Shown here one piece after another: positions 58,870 to 64,000 of a stretch of 64,000 nucleotides of DNA (its first letter is position 1; each line of letters opens with the position of its first letter). A program made the translations under genes and the position numbers. Origin of the DNA: an uncultured Desulfobacter sp. (GTDB taxonomy: Bacteria; Desulfobacterota; Desulfobacteria; Desulfobacterales; Desulfobacteraceae). A model generated the notes under the pieces. It was not told the DNA's origin. It was given only the letters and a program-made list of their open reading frames with translations, and did not search any database. Location of the stretch: positions 1,312,001-1,376,000 of the forward strand of contig OY762069.1 in assembly GCA_963665095.1 (NCBI GenBank), read 5' to 3'.

Positions 58870-60009
58870 ATGACAGCTGGTGAAACACTTGAAATGTTAT
58901 ACAACGAACGGGGGCAGCGTGCCCGTAAGCTGCATGAATCAGGGAAAAAGGTAGTGGGACATCTCTGCAGCTTTGTTCCAGATGAAATTTTTACAGCCCT
59001 GGATATGATTCCCTTTCGTATCCAGGGAAGCCAGAGCGAACCCATTGACCAGGCAGATGCCTATATTGAACCCATGGCCTGCCCTTTTGCACGCAGCTGT
59101 TTCAACCTCGCACTGAAAGGCCAGTACGATTTTCTGGATGGTTTTGTCGCGCCACACAGCTGTGACACCATTGAGCGGATGTTTCATATCTGGCATCATC
59201 AAAAACCCTGTTCATACAATCATCTCTTAAATGTTCCCCATATGCTGGGTCCTGGATCCACTGCCTTTTTCAAGGACCAGCTGGCATATTTCATCAAAAC
59301 GCTGGAAGCATGGTCGGGCCGGAAACTTGAACAGGAAAAACTTCGCGAGGCAGTAACGCTTTATAACAGGCGCAGAGCCCTTCTCAGAGAGCTTTATACG
59401 TTGCGTAAAACCAGCCCGCCCCAGGTGTCAGGAGAAGAGGTCACAAAAGCCGTGGTTGCCGGAATGGGAATACCGGCCCGGGAGCATGTTGATCTGATTG
59501 AACAGTATATTGCTGAAATAAAAGCCCGGCCGGCACCGGAGGAGAAAGGGTTTGCCCGTGTTTTTCTCTGGGGGTGTGAATTGGATGATACCGCATTTAT
59601 CAGTCTGGTGGAAGAGAGCGGTGCCAGTGTCGTCATGGATGATTTGTGTACGGGGAGCCGTTTCTTCTGGGACGACTGCCCGGAAACACCGGACCCTCTG
59701 GATGGCATCGCTGACAGATACCTGAAAATCAAGTGTCCGAGGACCAACATTCCCCAACAGGCAACCCGGGAGGCTGAGTTGGAGAATCGTTACGGGCATA
59801 TCAGGCAGTTCATAGAGGCGTGGGAAGCAGACGCTGCGATTTTCTACATCATCCGCTACTGTGACACCAGCGAGCTCGAAGGCCCAGATCTCAGAGAGTA
59901 CCTGAACAGTATGAACATTCCCGTCCTGATGATTGAGGACGATTACTCGATTTCCACAATCGGGCAGTTACGGACCCGTGTCCAGGCCTTTCTGGAAATG
60001 CTTGACTAA
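58870..60009 (+). CDS. 2-hydroxyacyl-CoA dehydratase / class I benzoyl-CoA reductase family Fe-S subunit (HgdB/BzdN-like)
   Basis: CPFARS, PHSCD, DDLCTGSR, RYCD, GQLRTRVQAFLEM. Confidence 0.88.
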   Translation: MTAGETLEMLYNERGQRARKLHESGKKVVGHLCSFVPDEIFTALDMIPFRIQGSQSEPIDQADAYIEPMACPFARSCFNLALKGQYDFLDGFVAPHSCDTIERMFHIWHHQKPCSYNHLLNVPHMLGPGSTAFFKDQLAYFIKTLEAWSGRKLEQEKLREAVTLYNRRRALLRELYTLRKTSPPQVSGEEVTKAVVAGMGIPAREHVDLIEQYIAEIKARPAPEEKGFARVFLWGCELDDTAFISLVEESGASVVMDDLCTGSRFFWDDCPETPDPLDGIADRYLKIKCPRTNIPQQATREAELENRYGHIRQFIEAWEADAAIFYIIRYCDTSELEGPDLREYLNSMNIPVLMIEDDYSISTIGQLRTRVQAFLEMLD

Positions 60010-60020
60010 GGAGGAGGCAC

Positions 60021-61322
60021 ATGGAACCACAAGAGAAAAAAAGAACCACGGCAGTCAAGGGAACCAATGCCGCCCGGAAAATCAGGGGGCTGGTAAAAAA
60101 TATTTATACCTCGGCCCATGAGGCAAAGCAGCAGGGGAAGAAACTGGCCTATATTATGGTCACATCTCAGTATGATGAAATTGTTCGAGCCATGGACATT
60201 GTCCCGATGCCCACTGAAAACTATGCAGGCCTTTGTGCGGCCAAACGGGAGATGGACCGGTTTCTATTAAAAGCGGAAGAAGACGGCTATTCACAGGTAT
60301 TGTGCAGCTATGCCCGCATCGGGCTGGGCTTTGACAGCCTGCGTAAAGAAGCGGGAACCATACCGGAGGGTTCTCCGGACGGCGGCATGCCCATGCCGGA
60401 CATGATGCTGGGCAGCAGCGCGGTCTGTGATCCCCGTTTTAAGTGGTACCAGGCAGCCGGGCGATTTTTACATGTCCCCACCTACAGCATCGACTGTGTT
60501 GCCCCGCCACCCCAAGCAGATCTCAGTGAAGTGCGAGACAGTTACATAAAATATCAAAAAGAGCAGTTTCTGGGCCTGATTGCATTTCTGGAAACACAGA
60601 CCGGGAAAAAAATGGATATGGAACGTCTCTGGGAAACGATCCGGCTCGGGGATAAAGCGTGGCAGCTCTGGTACGAGGTTGACCGGCTCCGGGTGGCAGT
60701 TCCGAGCCCCATGCCGGCCCAGGACCATTTCAGTATCATGGTGCCGGGCTATTACTATGCCGGTACCCAGGCGGCTGTAGATTTTTACCAGGAACTGTAT
60801 GATGAGGTGAAACAACGGGTTGACAGTAAAACCGGGGTCATTCCGGATGAGACCTATCGTCTGCTCTACGGCGGCGGGCTGCCGCCCTGGCATACCTTGT
60901 GGATCTTCAATTATTTTGAGAGCTTTGGCGCGGTCTTTGTGGCTGAGAATGTATACCGCAACTACGACCCGGTGGAGGTGCCGAGCCATATCAAGGATCC
61001 GGTGGACTATCTTGCCTGGCGGACCTTTCTTCGATACACCCAGCGGTATGACGAGGCCAGGGCAAACAGCGGCAACCCCAGGATTGAACGCCTGCTGCAG
61101 ATGATTGAGGACTACCAGACCTGCGGTGTGGTTTTCCATGCCTGCCGGTCCTGCCGTGCCACCACCATCGGTCAGATACATCTGAAAAATGTGCTGGCAG
61201 AGTACACAGACATCCCGATGATGCAGCTGGTGTCTGATATGGTGGACTTAAGAGACTATTCCGAAGCCCAGTGGAAGGCACAGATCGGCGCCTTTATGGA
61301 TGCCCTGGCCGCAAGGAGGTAA
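60021..61322 (+). CDS. 2-hydroxyacyl-CoA dehydratase / class I benzoyl-CoA reductase family Fe-S subunit (HgdA/BzdO-like)
   Basis: TENYAGLCAA, LCSYAR, CDPRFKWY, HACRSCR, SDMVD. Confidence 0.88.
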   Translation: MEPQEKKRTTAVKGTNAARKIRGLVKNIYTSAHEAKQQGKKLAYIMVTSQYDEIVRAMDIVPMPTENYAGLCAAKREMDRFLLKAEEDGYSQVLCSYARIGLGFDSLRKEAGTIPEGSPDGGMPMPDMMLGSSAVCDPRFKWYQAAGRFLHVPTYSIDCVAPPPQADLSEVRDSYIKYQKEQFLGLIAFLETQTGKKMDMERLWETIRLGDKAWQLWYEVDRLRVAVPSPMPAQDHFSIMVPGYYYAGTQAAVDFYQELYDEVKQRVDSKTGVIPDETYRLLYGGGLPPWHTLWIFNYFESFGAVFVAENVYRNYDPVEVPSHIKDPVDYLAWRTFLRYTQRYDEARANSGNPRIERLLQMIEDYQTCGVVFHACRSCRATTIGQIHLKNVLAEYTDIPMMQLVSDMVDLRDYSEAQWKAQIGAFMDALAARR

Positions 61323-61334
61323 GAAAAAGCAACC

Positions 61335-62165
61335 ATGTATTTCGCCGGCATTGACATCGGTTCGACCATGACAAAGGTGGTGGTAATCGATGAAAAAATG
61401 AGCGTGCTTTCGTCCGTGATCGGCCCCACAGGGGTTGAGCACCGCCATCTTGCGTTTGCCGTGATGGAGGACGCCCTGGAGAAAATCGGGGTGGGTATTG
61501 ATCAGGTGGATTTCATTGTGGCCACCGGGTACGGCCGGATCAATGTGCCCTTTGCAGACCGGCAGGTGACGGAGATTACCTGTCATGCCAGGGGAATTCA
61601 TTGGCTTTTCCCGTCAGCCAGGGTGATCATTGATATCGGCGGACAGGATTCCAAGGGCATCAAACTGGATGACCAGGGAAAAGTCATTAATTTTGCCATG
61701 AATGACAAATGTGCTGCCGGGACGGGGCGTTTTCTTGAAGTGATCGCAGAAACCCTTGGCCTCTCCCTTGAACAGATGGGCGAGGTATCCCTCAAGGCAG
61801 ACAAGCCGGTTCCTATTTCCAATATGTGCACTGTATTTGCAGAGCATGAGGTCACCTCTCACCTGGCAGAAGGCGCAGGGGTGCCGGAAATTGTTGCCGG
61901 CCTCCATGCGGCCATCGCTGCCAGGGTCGTCAATATGGTAAGACACCTTGGCATACGTGAGGATGTGGTTTTTACCGGAGGCGGGGCCAAAAATATCGGA
62001 CTGATCAAAGCGCTGGAAGAAAAGATCGGCCAAAACGTGTTTACTGCGCCAGAACCCCTGATCACCGGAGCGCTTGGCGCAGCCCTCTCTGGAAAAATTT
62101 TTACTGACAAGGGGGTCAGGCGCACAAGCGTAAGGAAACAAAAGGGGGTCACTTTTTTCTCATGA
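61335..62165 (+). CDS. ATP-dependent activase (HgdC/BadFG family)
   Basis: GIDIGSTMTK, ATGYGR, DIGGQDSK, MNDKCAAGTG, CTVFAE. Confidence 0.93.
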   Translation: MYFAGIDIGSTMTKVVVIDEKMSVLSSVIGPTGVEHRHLAFAVMEDALEKIGVGIDQVDFIVATGYGRINVPFADRQVTEITCHARGIHWLFPSARVIIDIGGQDSKGIKLDDQGKVINFAMNDKCAAGTGRFLEVIAETLGLSLEQMGEVSLKADKPVPISNMCTVFAEHEVTSHLAEGAGVPEIVAGLHAAIAARVVNMVRHLGIREDVVFTGGGAKNIGLIKALEEKIGQNVFTAPEPLITGALGAALSGKIFTDKGVRRTSVRKQKGVTFFS

Positions 62166-62947
62166 AAACAGACCAGACATTTTTAGGACTGGATATCGGC
62201 TCTGTGTCGATCAAGGCAGCTGTTGTCCGCCGGCAGACCCTGATCGCATCTCAAATTCTGCCCTCCGGCGGCACCTATCGGGAAACGGCCCGTAAAGTCA
62301 TGGAGGCTGTTCTTAAAGACAGCGGCATGGATGAAAATCAGATCACCGGCACCCTTGTCACAGGAATGGGGGCGGAACGCGTTCCCTTTGATGCCCCTGT
62401 GGTCTCAGACATTTCATGCCAGGCTGCCGGGTGTCACGGTCTTTTCCCCTCGGCAAGGACTCTGATCGACATCGGCGGCCAGTTTACGAAAGTTGCCCGG
62501 ATCACACCCAAAGGACAAATCGCAGATTTTCTGATCAGTGAAAAATGTGCCACTGGTTCGGGGCGGTTTCTGCAGGTCATCAGCCGCATTCTGCAGGTCC
62601 GGTTCGAGGAGATCGGCCCGTTGTCATTAACCGCACTAAACCCTGTAAAATTTTCAACAAACTGCGCTGTTTTTGCAGAATCTGAAACGGTTTCCCGGAT
62701 TGCAGAAGGGGCAAAACCTGCGGATATCCTTGCAGGTGTCCACCGTGCCATGGCATCAAAGGTGGCCATGCTGGTCAAGCGTGTAAAAATGGAACCGGAT
62801 GTGGTTGTGACCGGAGGCGGCGGCGTGGATGAGGGACTTGCCGATGCCATCGGCCAGTCTTTGGGAATAGAGGTCGTTGTTCCGGCAACCCCCAGGATAA
62901 CGGCTGCATTTGGTGCTGCCTGCCTGGCAGAGAAAAGATCAATTTAA
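62162..62947 (+). CDS. Second ATP-dependent activase subunit (HgdC/BadFG family)
   Basis: GLDIGS, DIGGQ, EKCATGSG, CAVFAESE; ATGA overlap. Confidence 0.92.
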   Translation: MKTDQTFLGLDIGSVSIKAAVVRRQTLIASQILPSGGTYRETARKVMEAVLKDSGMDENQITGTLVTGMGAERVPFDAPVVSDISCQAAGCHGLFPSARTLIDIGGQFTKVARITPKGQIADFLISEKCATGSGRFLQVISRILQVRFEEIGPLSLTALNPVKFSTNCAVFAESETVSRIAEGAKPADILAGVHRAMASKVAMLVKRVKMEPDVVVTGGGGVDEGLADAIGQSLGIEVVVPATPRITAAFGAACLAEKRSI

Positions 62948-62965
62948 GAAAAATACATTTTCACT

Positions 62966-63017
62966 ATGAAAATGGCCTGTATCACCCTGCCCTTTGGGTT
63001 CAACCTGTTTATGATGA
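62966..63017 (+). repeat. 52-bp degenerate copy of dctM 52553-52604
   Basis: 45/52 identical by manual alignment; encodes a MACITLPFGFNLF-like remnant. Confidence 0.75.
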
Positions 63018-63052
63018 TGGGTAAATACAGACACAGCTTTCAGATCCATGGA

Positions 63053-63082
63053 TTGACACCCGACAGTGAGCAGGGGTATAAC
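63053..63082 (+). promoter_or_regulatory. sigma70 promoter of recJ
   Basis: TTGACA-18 nt-TATAAC. Confidence 0.65.
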
Positions 63083-63093
63083 CCACCCATTCC

Positions 63094-64000
63094 ATGGATA
63101 TTAAACTGACATATGCGGCCCCTGACCATGCAATTTCCAGCAGACTTGCAAAGGCCCTGAACTGCCATCCCATCATTGCCGGCCTTCTGGCTGACAGAGG
63201 TATAACAACACCTGAGGATGCCCGCTTTTTCCTGCAGCCGGATTACTCACATCTCACCAGTCCCTTTGAGCTGAAGGATATGGACCGGGCTGTTCAACGC
63301 ATCTGTACAGCTGTGGAAAATAAAGAAAAAATTCTGATTTTCGGTGATTTTGATGCCGACGGTGTCACTGCCACCGCCATGCTCTACCAGTTTTTATCCA
63401 TTGTGGAGGCGAATCTGACCTGGTATGTGCCCCACCGGACCAAAGAGGGGTACAGCCTGCACCCCCCCCATATTGAGATGGCCGCAGCCATGAACGTCGA
63501 TCTGATTATCACCGTGGACTGCGGAATCGGTTCACAACAGGCGGTATTAGCCGCTGCCCGTGAAGATATTGACGTAATCATCACCGACCACCATGAACCG
63601 GATGACATGATTCCCGACGCCTTTGCCATTATCAACCCCAAGCAGGCAAACTGCGGTTCACGGCTTGATTACCTGGCAGGTGTGGGTGTGGCCTTTTACC
63701 TGGTCATGGCATTGCGCAAGACATTCAGGGATCAGGGACTTTGGGAGGTGTATCCGGAACCACAGCTCTTTGAGTATCTGGATTTGTTCGCCATTGGCAC
63801 CATTGGGGACATGGTGCCCCTGATCGGCGACAACAGGGTGCTGTGCGTGGCCGGCATGAGGCGGATCCGGCAGGGCCTGCGCCCGGCCGTGGCATCCATG
63901 GCACGCTCCCTGCGACTTGACATCAGTAAAATAGACTCAGATGATATTTCATTTAAAATTGTACCGCGGCTGAATGCCGCCGGCCGGATCTCTCATGCCA
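63094..64000 (+). CDS. recJ: ssDNA exonuclease RecJ, 5' part (runs off the window; absent from ORF track)
   Basis: GDFDADG, ITVDCG, TDHH, AGVGVAF, GTIGDMVPL, PRLNAAGR in one frame from ATG 63094. Confidence 0.95.
   Translation, partial: MDIKLTYAAPDHAISSRLAKALNCHPIIAGLLADRGITTPEDARFFLQPDYSHLTSPFELKDMDRAVQRICTAVENKEKILIFGDFDADGVTATAMLYQFLSIVEANLTWYVPHRTKEGYSLHPPHIEMAAAMNVDLIITVDCGIGSQQAVLAAAREDIDVIITDHHEPDDMIPDAFAIINPKQANCGSRLDYLAGVGVAFYLVMALRKTFRDQGLWEVYPEPQLFEYLDLFAIGTIGDMVPLIGDNRVLCVAGMRRIRQGLRPAVASMARSLRLDISKIDSDDISFKIVPRLNAAGRISHA

Noticed and set aside
1..64000. CRISPR array, rRNA, tRNA or selenocysteine read-through
   Set aside because: No regularly spaced repeats, no rRNA/tRNA signatures and no in-frame TGA splitting a recognisable domain were seen

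Overview
64 kb of bacterial chromosome, probably from a Desulfobacteraceae-type sulfate reducer (inferred from gene content). In order: (1) 1-6.9 kb, the right end of a contractile-tail (P2-like) prophage: baseplate and tail genes, a holin-like/phospholipase-A2-like/lipoprotein cassette, two moron-like ORFs and a C4-type antisense RNA with its upstream target. (2) FMN riboswitch-ribB, an HTH protein, TetR and a CoA-transferase-GNAT fusion lacking the catalytic Glu. (3) An IS200 inserted in a MITE-like repeat beside further palindromic repeats. (4) pfaD, a single 2575-aa PfaA-like synthase with a fused FabA-type dehydratase and an A10 slippage-prone tract right after the ACPs, and a glycosyltransferase. 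(5) glcD-like gene, a divergent dnaA paralogue, pdxA, uvrA, ArsR/SmtB and a metal permease. (6) A sigma54-driven Cys-rich GcvH-like gene convergent with a Rossmann-PAS kinase/NtrC-type regulator/archaemetzincin operon. (7) Polar amino-acid ABC transporter and an MBL hydrolase. (8) A ~21 kb acyl-CoA catabolic region: beta-oxidation genes including a complementary-degenerate acyl-CoA dehydrogenase pair, TRAP, MFS, an unusual HTH/cyclase-like/TPR protein facing a palindromic operator, a CoA ligase and a four-gene ATP-dependent reductase/dehydratase. (9) The 5' part of recJ. All calls come from motifs read by eye; no database searches were run.
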